The position numbers and the translations under genes were made by a program. A stretch of DNA of 64,000 bases from a candidate division WWE3 bacterium RAAC2_WWE3_1 (GTDB taxonomy: Bacteria; Patescibacteriota; WWE3; UBA101185; UBA10185): assembly GCA_000503835.1 (NCBI GenBank), contig CP006914.1, forward strand, positions 303,341-367,340. The letters run 5' to 3'. Shown here piece by piece: positions 8,351-17,620 of the stretch. The notes beneath the pieces were generated by a model that saw only the letters and a program-made list of their open reading frames with translations, did no database searches and was not told the origin of the DNA. The stretch's first letter is position 1; each line of letters starts with the position of its first letter.

Positions 8351-8425
8351 TGGGGGATTGTCTAAAGCGTTAGGGCTGCGGGTTTTGGTCCCGCCTATTG
8401 GGGTTCGAATCCCTATCCCTAGCCA
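8351..8425 (+). pseudogene. Pseudo-tRNA-Gln (TTG): altered D-arm and 1-nt deletion in the 3' acceptor strand
   Basis: TGGGGGATTGTCTAAAGCGTTAGGGCTGCGGGTTTTGGTCCCGCCTATTGGGGTTCGAATCCCTATCCCTAGCCA. Anticodon arm and T-arm are identical to the 4065 copy. The acceptor 3' strand TCCCTAG cannot fully pair with TGGGGGA. Confidence 0.6.
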
Positions 8426-8493
8426 TTTATCAATTTCCTTTAATAGGGCTTGTAATTTGCCGTTACTATATATATATTTCCTTATTGGTAAGT

Positions 8494-8967
8494 ATGCAAT
8501 CTCAAATTCTTGAAAAACTAAAAAAGGAGCTTGGTAAAGATATCGAAAACGAATCACAAGTGGTATATATCCTTTCGCTGATAAGAAAGCTTCTGGAGAT
8601 TGAAAAACTTAAATCTCGGTATCCTATTTTGAATTTCTATTGTAATTGGACGCTTCACTCTGAGATGACTGATACTGAAGGCAAGTTTGTAAATAATATG
8701 CTAAGAAAATTCATCGAAAAACCAGAAGAAAAGTATAAATTAAGTTTTCATCTTCAGTTCTTGGAACAATTCAAGACGTTCTTAACTAAGAAAAATATCA
8801 CTATACCCACAAAAGACAATTTAGAGAAGTTTAGATATCAGCTTCAAAAGATAATATCTAATACTCCGATATTTGTTAAGACGGGTACCAAATATAAAGT
8901 GGAATTTAATGAACCGCAAAATAAAGGTGAAAGCGGGTTATACATTACAACCATTATTGATCCTTAA
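8494..8967 (+). CDS. Hypothetical protein (157 aa)
   Basis: The ORF-track start at 8398 runs through the pseudo-tRNA. The first ATG after it is 8494 (MQSQILEKL...). No known motif. Confidence 0.45.
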   Translation: MQSQILEKLKKELGKDIENESQVVYILSLIRKLLEIEKLKSRYPILNFYCNWTLHSEMTDTEGKFVNNMLRKFIEKPEEKYKLSFHLQFLEQFKTFLTKKNITIPTKDNLEKFRYQLQKIISNTPIFVKTGTKYKVEFNEPQNKGESGLYITTIIDP

Positions 8968-9111
8968 CGGTGTTATAGGGATAAGAAGGCCCGTAATCGC
9001 ACGATGCATCACATAAAAATCACTGTCGGGATCGATCGCAGGAGAGGTGGGACCTATAATCAGTGCCCTCGCTAAATTGAACATCTTCCTCAACTCTGTT
9101 AAATTAAAGGT

Positions 9112-9660
9112 ATGAAAACACCAACCATGGATCTTATAGAAGAGCACGGCGGAATTATGCTGATGCTAAGTGTTATGAAAAAAGTGACTGATAAACTTAA
9201 GGCCGGGGAAGAGGTGAAAAAAGAACACCTCGACAAGATTCTCGAGTTTCTCACAAATTTTGCCGACAAATGTCACCACGGAAAAGAGGAGGACATGCTT
9301 TTCCCGGAGTTATTTAAGAATCCATCAAATCAAGGGTTGGTCGCCGAGCTTATAGACGAGCACACGACCGCTCGTGGTTACATAAAGAGCATAGCAAAGG
9401 CTATGGAAAACTACTCACCCGGAAACTCTGAGGCCTCAACTATCGCCGAAAATATGGAAAAATATATTCAGCTTTTAACCGAGCACATTGGAAAAGAAAA
9501 TAGTGATTTATTTCCCACTGCAAACAACGAGCTTTCTGAAGAAACGCAGGAACAAATGGAGGAACAGTTCGAAAAGTTTGAACACGATGTTATTGGCGAG
9601 GGAAAGCATGAAGAGTACCACGGATGGCTTGAGGAACTGAAAAAAGTGTATTTGAACTAA
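9112..9660 (+). CDS. Hemerythrin-like (HHE cation-binding) domain protein
   Basis: Repeated H...HxxxE motifs (EEHGG; CHHGKEED; DEHTT; EHIGKEN). Confidence 0.55.
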   Translation: MKTPTMDLIEEHGGIMLMLSVMKKVTDKLKAGEEVKKEHLDKILEFLTNFADKCHHGKEEDMLFPELFKNPSNQGLVAELIDEHTTARGYIKSIAKAMENYSPGNSEASTIAENMEKYIQLLTEHIGKENSDLFPTANNELSEETQEQMEEQFEKFEHDVIGEGKHEEYHGWLEELKKVYLN

Positions 9661-9671
9661 TAGAGACTAAA

Positions 9672-10430
9672 TTACCTACAGGTCCAACCACCGTCGACCG
9701 GTAATATTATCCCCGTAACATATTTAGCCGCGTCTGAAGCAAGATAAACCGCTGCACCTGCAATATCATCCGGCTCTCCTGCGTATCCTAATGGTGTGTT
9801 TGCCTTAACCATGGCGTTGAAACCTTCATCTTCCAAAACGTCTTTGGTCATATTTGTCTTGATAAAGCCCGGTGCTATTGCGTTAACTCTTATACTTAGT
9901 GAAGCTAAATCCTGTGCAGCAGCACGGGTCATGTTGGACACCCCACCTTTGGCAGAACTGTACGCAATAGTTCCAGATAACCCGACAATTCCCAGTATCG
10001 ACGTCATATTTATGATGGAGCCTTTGGTATTTGTGGCTTTCATCGCGTTTCCGGCGGCTCTAACCCCGTAAAACACTCCCGACAAGTTCACGGCGATAAC
10101 TTTAGCCCAGTCCGCGTCAGTACAATCCAGTGCACTGCCGAGAGCACCGATACCGGCGTTATTTACCATAATGTCTAGTTTTCCGTACTTTTCTACAACC
10201 GTCCCTACTAATTGATTTACTTCTTCTGATTTGGAAACATCACATTTTGTAAATGAGGCTTTATCACCTAATCCTTCGATAACTTTTGCTCCCGCATCGT
10301 TTATGTCTGAGAAAACTACTGTCGCGCCTTCCTGAAGATAAAGTTTAGCTATTGCCAAACCAATTCCGCTGGACGCACCTGTTACTATTGCGATTTTATT
10401 TTGAAGTTTCATAGATACAAATGATAACAC
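9672..10430 (-). CDS. Short-chain dehydrogenase/reductase (FabG-like)
   Basis: TGASSGIGLAIA Rossmann motif, NNAG, catalytic YSSAKGG (YxxxK). Confidence 0.85.
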   Translation of the reverse strand: MLSFVSMKLQNKIAIVTGASSGIGLAIAKLYLQEGATVVFSDINDAGAKVIEGLGDKASFTKCDVSKSEEVNQLVGTVVEKYGKLDIMVNNAGIGALGSALDCTDADWAKVIAVNLSGVFYGVRAAGNAMKATNTKGSIINMTSILGIVGLSGTIAYSSAKGGVSNMTRAAAQDLASLSIRVNAIAPGFIKTNMTKDVLEDEGFNAMVKANTPLGYAGEPDDIAGAAVYLASDAAKYVTGIILPVDGGWTCR

Positions 10431-10481
10431 ATAAAAATGAGCAGGATTGACGATTTCCCTAATAATGCCTAGACTAAACTA

Positions 10482-13349
10482 ATGCCCAAGAACCTCGTTG
10501 CCCTTTTTTCACCAAAATCAATCGTTGTCATTGGGGCTTCCACATCGCCCGAAAAGGTAGGCGCGGTAATTTTAAAAAACATTGTTGAATCGGAATATAA
10601 AGGCAAAGTTTTCGCGGTTAATCCCAACACAGACGCGATAGGCCAAATAAAATGCTATAAAACCGTTTTAGATCTCCCGGAAATTCCCGATTTAGCAATA
10701 ATTTCTATTCCCGCTGCTTTAGTTCTGCCCACAATACAACAAATCATTGAAAAGGGCATTAAGAACGTGGTGACGCTGACAGCCGGGTTTAAAGAAACCG
10801 GTCACGATGGAGCGGAGCTCGAAAAACAGCTGGAGGATTTATGCACGAAGAACGAAATTAATATGCTCGGACCTAACTGTCTGGGGTTTGTTAATAATCT
10901 AGTCTCTCTTAACGCTACGTTCGCAAAAGTTCCCGCGACCCCCGGTAAATTAAGATTTATTTCACAGTCGGGTGCCCTTGCCACAAGTCTTTTCGATTGG
11001 TTTTCTTTAGTTAACGTGGGGTTTTCCGAATTTATTACAATGGGAAACAAAACAGTAATAAATGAGAACGATGTTTTGGAATATTTTATAAGCAAAGACC
11101 AGGCTCCGATTTCAACTTTGGCCGACGACGTAACGGGAAAAATCGAACCGGTCGGAATGTATCTTGAATCTATTTCCGACGGCCGGCAATTTTTAAAATT
11201 AACAAAACAAATTGCCAAGAACGATCCTATTTTTATTATTAAACCCGGAAAAACTGCGGCGGCAAAAACTGCAATGCAGTCGCACACCGGAGCAATAGCA
11301 GGAGCCGACGATATTTTGGACGTCGCACTCAAACAGTCGGGAGTTTACAGATGTGCTTCTCTCGAAGAATTTTTCGACCTTTCTAAAGCATTTGCCTGGA
11401 ATGAAATTCCCAAAGGTCCTAGAGTTGCCATTATTTCTAACGCCGGAGGTCCGGGAGTAATAAGTGCGGATGCCGTAATAGAAGAAGGTTTGGAAATCGC
11501 TCAGTTCGACGACGAAACAAAAAAGAAATTATCAGAAGTATTACCGAGATCGGCAAGCTTTCTAGACCCGGTAGACGTTCTCGGAGACGCCCTCGCAGAC
11601 CGCTTTTCTGACGCTGCTGAAATTGTCCTTCAAACCGACAAATGTGACTCCCTGCTGGTTATTCTGACACCCCAAATGATGACCCAGATAGAAAAGACGG
11701 CCGAAGTAATTGGTGAGGTTTCAAAAAAGTACCATATCCCCGTCTTCTGTTCCTTCATAGGAGGAAGCGTGGTATCGGCAGGAGAAACAGCGCTTAACAA
11801 CCTCAAAGTGCCGTCCTACATGTTTCCTGAAAGAGCGATAGCGGTCATCGGAGCAATGTGGAAATTCAAGAGTCAGCAGGAAGAAATTTTGAGGGAAATT
11901 GTGGACAAAGGCGTCCTTAACAAACAAATACTCCCTGAGAAGTGCTCCAAAATTTTACAGAAGGCCGTAAGCGCGGGACAGAAAGCTTTAGACAATCTTG
12001 ATGCAGACAGCATAATTTCCCTTTCGGGAATACAAACTCCGGGAACAAAGATTGCGGTAAATCTCAAAGACGCGGCTAAATTTGCAAAAGATATCGGGTA
12101 CCCTGTTGTTTTAAAACTTTCATCGCCCGGGCTTTTACACAAAAAACATTTCGGCGGAGTTATTTTAGATATAAGAAACGAGGATCAACTTGAAAACGGT
12201 TGGAGCACTCTTGAAAGAAAATCCGAAAATCTCGACGCGGAGATAAAAGCGCACGTCAATTTTCAGATCCAAAAAGAAATTCCGAGCGGGGCAGAAGTTT
12301 TTGTGGGAATTAAAAGAGATCCCACATTCGGACCGGTATTATTGTTCGGCGCCGGAGGTTCGCTGGTAGAACTTATATCTGATAGAAACCTTCATCTTCT
12401 TCCTATGGACACGATAAGCATTCAGGAATTAGTTAAAGATTCCAAAATTTACTCTGTTCTTAAAGGTACAGAAAATGAGCCTCCTTACGCATTAGACAAG
12501 CTTTATAAACTGATATTCGACCTGCAAAAGCTATATGAAGCAGCACAGGAAATCCAGGAAATAGAAATAAATCCCGTGATAGTAACCACAAACGATGTCT
12601 GGGCGGTAGATACAAAAGTAATCTTAGAAGCAGGCAAAGCTAAACCCGCAGGCCCGAAGTTCAAAGTTGCTAAAACCTTGAAAACAGAGGTACTAGCTGG
12701 AAAGATTCACTATTTTGAATTCGAAGCGGACGAACCTCTGATATTAAAGCCCGGGCAGTATATAAGCGTAAAGGTGTCCTCAACGAGAATTAACTGTTAT
12801 TCTGTGGCCGGACAGACCGCTCCAAATAAATTTAATCTTCTTGTCGATTCATCCCCCGGAGGGCCCGGCTCAAAATTCTTCGAGGCTTTAAAAGAAGGGG
12901 ATGTGATTACATATCTCGGACCTTTCGGTACGTTCACATTAAAACCCGATGATGGAGCAGATTCAATATTATTTATGGCAACAGGTTCGGGTTTGGCTCC
13001 ACTAAAATTAATGTTTGAACATCTACTCAAAGTAGAAAAGACGAAAAAGAACATCGTGCTGTACCTGGGATTAAATAATTGCGAGGACGTGTTTATGGAA
13101 GAGTACTTTGAATCGCTATCCAAAGAATTTCCGAATTTTAAATATAATATCGCTGTGTGCAACAAGAGCACCAAATGGAAAGGCGCGACGGGATTTATTA
13201 CTCCTTTGGTGAAAAAAGACTTCCCCGATGCAGGCAAATGTTCCGCATATCTCTGCGGAAATAAGTTTATGATAAAAGATGTTGCAAAAGTTCTGACCGA
13301 TGCCGGGTGCCCGACTGACAGAATTTATTTCGAAAAATATGATGCCTAA
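10482..13349 (+). CDS. ADP-forming acetyl-CoA synthetase (alpha-beta fusion) with C-terminal FNR-like FAD/NAD(P) reductase domain
   Basis: N-terminal CoA-binding (SIVVIGAS), succinyl-CoA-ligase-like and ATP-grasp regions (GYPVVLKLSSPGLLHKKHFGGV). C-terminal ~250 aa carry RINCYSVAG (FAD RxYS), MATGSGLAPL (NAD(P)-binding) and YLCGNKFMIKD, an FNR-family module. Total length 955 aa. Confidence 0.75.
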   Translation: MPKNLVALFSPKSIVVIGASTSPEKVGAVILKNIVESEYKGKVFAVNPNTDAIGQIKCYKTVLDLPEIPDLAIISIPAALVLPTIQQIIEKGIKNVVTLTAGFKETGHDGAELEKQLEDLCTKNEINMLGPNCLGFVNNLVSLNATFAKVPATPGKLRFISQSGALATSLFDWFSLVNVGFSEFITMGNKTVINENDVLEYFISKDQAPISTLADDVTGKIEPVGMYLESISDGRQFLKLTKQIAKNDPIFIIKPGKTAAAKTAMQSHTGAIAGADDILDVALKQSGVYRCASLEEFFDLSKAFAWNEIPKGPRVAIISNAGGPGVISADAVIEEGLEIAQFDDETKKKLSEVLPRSASFLDPVDVLGDALADRFSDAAEIVLQTDKCDSLLVILTPQMMTQIEKTAEVIGEVSKKYHIPVFCSFIGGSVVSAGETALNNLKVPSYMFPERAIAVIGAMWKFKSQQEEILREIVDKGVLNKQILPEKCSKILQKAVSAGQKALDNLDADSIISLSGIQTPGTKIAVNLKDAAKFAKDIGYPVVLKLSSPGLLHKKHFGGVILDIRNEDQLENGWSTLERKSENLDAEIKAHVNFQIQKEIPSGAEVFVGIKRDPTFGPVLLFGAGGSLVELISDRNLHLLPMDTISIQELVKDSKIYSVLKGTENEPPYALDKLYKLIFDLQKLYEAAQEIQEIEINPVIVTTNDVWAVDTKVILEAGKAKPAGPKFKVAKTLKTEVLAGKIHYFEFEADEPLILKPGQYISVKVSSTRINCYSVAGQTAPNKFNLLVDSSPGGPGSKFFEALKEGDVITYLGPFGTFTLKPDDGADSILFMATGSGLAPLKLMFEHLLKVEKTKKNIVLYLGLNNCEDVFMEEYFESLSKEFPNFKYNIAVCNKSTKWKGATGFITPLVKKDFPDAGKCSAYLCGNKFMIKDVAKVLTDAGCPTDRIYFEKYDA

Positions 13350-15087
13350 AGTAGATAACAGACAGGAAATATTATCGGTAAAAATAGGCGCGGAGGCAGG
13401 GCAGGGCGTCAAATCGGCCGGTCTGATGCTCGCTAAACTCGCTATACGCTCGGGATACCATATCTATAGTCAAATTGAATACCCCTCACTTATAAAGGGA
13501 GGACACAATGTTATTCAGGTAAATATTTCCAAAAATGAAGTTACGGCACCAAGAAAAGTTAACGACATTCTCATAGCTCTTAATCAGGACACCATAAACA
13601 AGCACATTACGGAATTCTCGAAAGATTCAGGATTAATTTTTGATTCTGAAGTTAAGGTAGATACTTCGAAAGTTCCTTCAAACGTCGCTCTAATTGGGCT
13701 GCCCCTATCAAAAATCTCCAGGGAAACGGGGAACTCCGCTTTGTTAATTAACACCGTCGCTTTGGGAGCCGTCACCGCAGTTCTCGGCGGAAATATTGTT
13801 ATTTTGAACGAATTAATAGCGGAAGAATTCGGAAGTAAGGGCGAGGAAATAGTAAAAGTAAATGTGTCGGCGGCAGAGCAAGGGTTTAAACACATCACGG
13901 AAAATTACAAAAAGTATTTAAGGGCGTTTCTGAGTCCTTCTGATTCGGTCAGTAATTTTGTTCCTTACATGGCTGTCGACGGAAATGAAAGTGTCGCATT
14001 GGGAGCAATCTCAGCCGGGCTTCAGTTCGCGGCGATCTACCCAATGTCTCCTATTTCAAACATTTTGGCAGTACTTGCCGAAAACCAGGAAAAGTTCGGA
14101 TACATATATAAACAGCCCGAGGACGAAATTTCAGCAATAAACATGTCTATTGGGGCATCCTACGCCGGAGCAAGAGCTATGACAGCTACCTCAGGCGGTG
14201 GTTTCTCTCTAATGACCGAAGGTTACGGTCTGGCAGGAATGACCGAAACACCGCTGGTGATAGTAGAAGGCATGCGCCCGGGACCGGCCACCGGACTTCC
14301 GACCTGGAGCGACCAGGGTGACCTGCAGATGATCTTAAATGCCCACCAGGGCGATTTTCCAAGAATAATCCTCGCCGCAGGAGATGCGAAAGAGGCATTT
14401 GAACTTACCATGCAGGCCTTTAACCTGGCCGATAAATACCAGACACCCGTCGTCCTTATTATTGATAAAAACATCTGCGAAAACGCTCAAAGTTTCCCTT
14501 TGTACGATCTTGCCGGCTATAAGGTAGACCGCGGCAAATTCTCAACAAATAGAGTAGAGAATTACAAAAGATACGAACTTAACCCCGAAGGCATTTCGCA
14601 AAGAACTGTTCCGGGCGCCGGAAACTTTTTTGTCGCAAATTCCGACGAACACGACGAGGAAGGTTACTCGACGGAAGATGCAGAAATCAGAAGCAAAATG
14701 ATGGAAAAAAGAATGAACAAACTGAAAATCTGCAAAGAACAGGACATGCAAAAACCTCAAATGTTTGGTCCGGAAAATGCTGACGTAACCATTGTTTCGT
14801 GGGGAAGCAATAAAGGAACAATACTTCAGGCATTAAAAGAACTCGACAATGTTAACTACGTGCACATAAGCTGGCTCAGCCCATTCCCGTCAGAAACTTT
14901 ATCGGAAATGTTATCGAAATCTAAATATATTTTAAATGTTGAATGTAATTACACCGGGCAGATGGCAAAACTAATACGCGAAAATACTCAAATAAAAATT
15001 GACGAAAACTTTTTAAAGTACGACGGAAGACAAATTTACCCGGAAGAAATTATCGACGCCGTTAACAAGATAAGGAGTAAAAAATGA
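13339..15087 (+). CDS. 2-oxoacid:ferredoxin oxidoreductase alpha subunit (gamma-alpha fused type)
   Basis: ATGATG start overlaps the stop of the upstream gene. N-terminal gamma-like region (GQGVKSAGLMLAKLA), then a PorA-like core. The track start at 13300 lacks a start context. Confidence 0.8.
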   Translation: MMPKVDNRQEILSVKIGAEAGQGVKSAGLMLAKLAIRSGYHIYSQIEYPSLIKGGHNVIQVNISKNEVTAPRKVNDILIALNQDTINKHITEFSKDSGLIFDSEVKVDTSKVPSNVALIGLPLSKISRETGNSALLINTVALGAVTAVLGGNIVILNELIAEEFGSKGEEIVKVNVSAAEQGFKHITENYKKYLRAFLSPSDSVSNFVPYMAVDGNESVALGAISAGLQFAAIYPMSPISNILAVLAENQEKFGYIYKQPEDEISAINMSIGASYAGARAMTATSGGGFSLMTEGYGLAGMTETPLVIVEGMRPGPATGLPTWSDQGDLQMILNAHQGDFPRIILAAGDAKEAFELTMQAFNLADKYQTPVVLIIDKNICENAQSFPLYDLAGYKVDRGKFSTNRVENYKRYELNPEGISQRTVPGAGNFFVANSDEHDEEGYSTEDAEIRSKMMEKRMNKLKICKEQDMQKPQMFGPENADVTIVSWGSNKGTILQALKELDNVNYVHISWLSPFPSETLSEMLSKSKYILNVECNYTGQMAKLIRENTQIKIDENFLKYDGRQIYPEEIIDAVNKIRSKK

Positions 15088-15941
15088 CAAAAATGAGTGA
15101 TTTACAAACACTGCACTTTCCGAACTGGTGTCCCGGTTGCGGCGATCTGAATATTTGGGGTGCTTTCAAAAACGCGGCAGTTAAGGAAGGGTGGGACAGT
15201 TCCAATACCTCCATTGTTGCCGGAATCGGTTGTCACGGCCACATCGTTAACTTCGTTAAACTAAACTCATTTGAAGGCCTGCATGGAAGGGCTCTGCCCG
15301 TAGCGAGCGGAGTTAAAATGGTCAACAACCGTCTTAACACTTTTGTTTTTACAGGAGACGGGGATTGTTTCGGAGAGGGGGGAAATCATTTTATTCATAC
15401 CTGCAGAAGAAATCACGATCTTACGATTCTGATACACGACAACGCGTTATATTCTTTGACGACGGGGCAAACATCGCCTTTAACAGCTCACGGGTTTAAA
15501 ACAAAATCGACGCCGCAGGGAAATCCGGACGAGCCGTTCAACCCGTTAACATTGGCAATAATTTCAGGAGCTACGTTTGTGGCTCGCGCATATTCGGGGG
15601 ATATGCCGAAATTAGCAGAATTAATTATTGAGGCGAATAAACACAAGGGACTTGCGGTGATTGATATTCTTCAACCCTGCGTAACGTTCAATAAAGTTTG
15701 CACACACGGGTTCTATCAGGAAAACACGTACTACCTTGAAGAAAATTACGACCCTTCGGACAAAAATAAAGCTTTAGAGAGAGCCTCGGAGTTCGGTGAC
15801 AAAAAAATACCGCTCGGAATATTTTATAAAACGAACAGACCTTCTTATGAAGATCAAATCTTGCAAATCAAAGAAAAACCTCTGACAGAAATACCCGTGG
15901 AAAGATCCTCAGCGATAGAACTTTTCAAAAAATATACCTAA
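15084..15941 (+). CDS. 2-oxoacid:ferredoxin oxidoreductase beta subunit (TPP-binding)
   Basis: CPGCGD Cys motif, TPP-binding GDGD...N region. 4-nt overlap with the alpha subunit. Confidence 0.8.
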   Translation: MTKMSDLQTLHFPNWCPGCGDLNIWGAFKNAAVKEGWDSSNTSIVAGIGCHGHIVNFVKLNSFEGLHGRALPVASGVKMVNNRLNTFVFTGDGDCFGEGGNHFIHTCRRNHDLTILIHDNALYSLTTGQTSPLTAHGFKTKSTPQGNPDEPFNPLTLAIISGATFVARAYSGDMPKLAELIIEANKHKGLAVIDILQPCVTFNKVCTHGFYQENTYYLEENYDPSDKNKALERASEFGDKKIPLGIFYKTNRPSYEDQILQIKEKPLTEIPVERSSAIELFKKYT

Positions 15942-15979
15942 TAGTTGCCTAACCGCGAAAAATTCTTTACCATAATCTA

Positions 15980-16225
15980 ATGGAAGATAAAGAAATTCAA
16001 ATAGGAAAATATAAGGTAAAGGTAATAAGAAAGGACTGCATTGGCGCAGCCTCCTGTGTTGCGGTTTCTTCGTCTGTATTTAAGTTGGACGGAGAAAATA
16101 AAGCTGTATTTGTGGATGGGGCGGCTGACGATGCGGACAACATACTGATGGCTGCACAATCCTGCCCTACCAAAGCTATTGTCGTTACAGATACCGAAAG
16201 TGGTAAGCAGGTTTGGCCTGAATAA
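15980..16225 (+). CDS. Small single-cluster ferredoxin (Pyrococcus-type; Ala at the second ligand position suggests [3Fe-4S])
   Basis: 81 aa, CIGAASC ... SCP cysteine pattern. Confidence 0.6.
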   Translation: MEDKEIQIGKYKVKVIRKDCIGAASCVAVSSSVFKLDGENKAVFVDGAADDADNILMAAQSCPTKAIVVTDTESGKQVWPE

Positions 16226-17139
16226 TGTCTAATACAACTAAGGGTATTTACATTTCATTGACTACAGCAGTTATTTCAGGTGTCTCTATTTTTGTAAATA
16301 AATTTGCCGTCGACACCATTAAACCCGCGCTGTATTTTACTTCCGTTAAAAATGTTGCTGTGGCGCTTTTAATTATCGCCATAATATTGGCTACCGGAGA
16401 ATGGAAGAAAATCGTCACACTTACCAAAAAAGAGCTCAAATATTTGCTTTTGATCGGGTTAATCGGAGGTTCACTTCCTTTCTATCTTTATTTCACGGGT
16501 CTGTCACAAACACCTGCGGTTAATGCGGCAATCATTCACAAAACGCTGGTATTCTGGGTTATGCTTATGGCCATTCCTTTTTTAAAAGAAAAGGTTACCA
16601 AGTGGCAAATTTTGGGCGTTTTAATGTTGTTCGCCGGAAACGTGTTTGTCGGCGGCTTCAAAGGCTTTAAATTTTCCCAGGGAGAATTAATGCTTTTGAT
16701 TGCGACGGTTTTGTGGGCAGTTGAAAACATCATTGCTAAAAAAGTTTTAACCACGGTTTCACCCAATATCGTAGCCGCGTTCAGGATGGGGCTGGGCTCC
16801 GTTGTACTTATGTCTGCGACAGTATTAACGATTCCGCAGATATTACAAAAAAGCTTATCGTTAAATAGCGGGCAGTTTTTCTTTATCGGACTTACCGTAC
16901 TATTTTTACTTGCATACACAACAACATGGTATAGAGCACTTAAAAATGCTCCGGCTGTCGTTGTAACCTCTGTCCTGGTTTCTTCTACGTTAATTACGAA
17001 CGTGCTGTCGGCAGTGTTTGTTACACACAGCTGGAATGCGGTGCTGACGGTTCAGGCTGTGTTGATAGTTGCAGGACTAGTGCTATTTTCGAAAAGTACA
17101 ACAACCCGACCCAGTACCGTCACCCTCACTACACTATAG
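16225..17139 (+). CDS. DMT-superfamily (EamA-like) transporter, 10 TM
   Basis: Two-repeat hydrophobic architecture typical of EamA. Confidence 0.5.
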   Translation: MSNTTKGIYISLTTAVISGVSIFVNKFAVDTIKPALYFTSVKNVAVALLIIAIILATGEWKKIVTLTKKELKYLLLIGLIGGSLPFYLYFTGLSQTPAVNAAIIHKTLVFWVMLMAIPFLKEKVTKWQILGVLMLFAGNVFVGGFKGFKFSQGELMLLIATVLWAVENIIAKKVLTTVSPNIVAAFRMGLGSVVLMSATVLTIPQILQKSLSLNSGQFFFIGLTVLFLLAYTTTWYRALKNAPAVVVTSVLVSSTLITNVLSAVFVTHSWNAVLTVQAVLIVAGLVLFSKSTTTRPSTVTLTTL

Positions 17140-17230
17140 GTTGACGCACTAGACAGATAGTTTATAATTTACCGTATTCAATCTAAACAACTGCAATAAA
17201 TCAATTGCTGTTAACCAAGAAGGAGGAGAG

Positions 17231-17566
17231 ATGGCTGAGTACGAGACACTACTGGTAATGATCGATAAACGCGGTGGCAGCAGGTACAGGACATACAACG
17301 TAAGACAACGTATCTGCGACTCAGGTCTGGAGATCTTCGATTTTCCCTTGGACAGGGTCGCACTCAGGGATAGTCACCTCGGGTGTATTGGATACGACCT
17401 GATCAAAAAACTCAATGACATTGACGGCATCGAGGGGGTAGTTATTAGACCATACAGCCTGTGCGTTGAACGGAATATTGTTTATAGCTGGGCAGACATC
17501 GAAAATGATATTCTGTTTACAATTGAAGCAGCTGTAAAAAAACCGGTAGAAATAAAAAGGAGATGA
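17231..17566 (+). CDS. Hypothetical protein (111 aa)
   Basis: Strong SD AAGGAGGAGAG. No recognisable motif. Confidence 0.45.
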   Translation: MAEYETLLVMIDKRGGSRYRTYNVRQRICDSGLEIFDFPLDRVALRDSHLGCIGYDLIKKLNDIDGIEGVVIRPYSLCVERNIVYSWADIENDILFTIEAAVKKPVEIKRR

Positions 17567-17575
17567 GCACGTAAA

Positions 17576-17620
17576 AGGCCGGGATTTTTCAAAAAAAACC
17601 CGGCTTTTCTTTTCTTCCCT
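17576..17620. terminator. Bidirectional terminator hairpin between convergent genes
   Basis: GGCCGGG ... CCCGGCC stem with a T-rich tail on the plus strand and an A-rich tail on the other side. Confidence 0.4.

Larger units (their letters stand above)
8123..8425 (+). repeat. Direct repeat: degenerate duplicate of 3841-4138 (patatin 3' end, intergenic region with promoter, tRNA-Gln)
   Basis: By-eye alignment gives high identity over ~300 bp. It includes a remnant reading frame ...ALNPKIPERSFNLFKNFVKEKARCW* compared with the patatin C-terminus ...ALNPKIPERSFNLFKFVKEKGTVLVGE. Confidence 0.75.

Noticed and set aside
10802-11332. Long antisense ORFs inside large genes (e.g. 10802-11332, 12797-13237, 29848-30357, 21703-22026)
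   Set aside because: Each is fully embedded antisense to a well-supported enzyme gene with conserved motifs. None has an RBS or recognisable motif.
13300-13338. Upstream extension of the OFOR alpha ORF
   Set aside because: The ATGATG at 13339 overlaps the stop of the upstream gene (classic translational coupling). The 13300 start has no initiation context.
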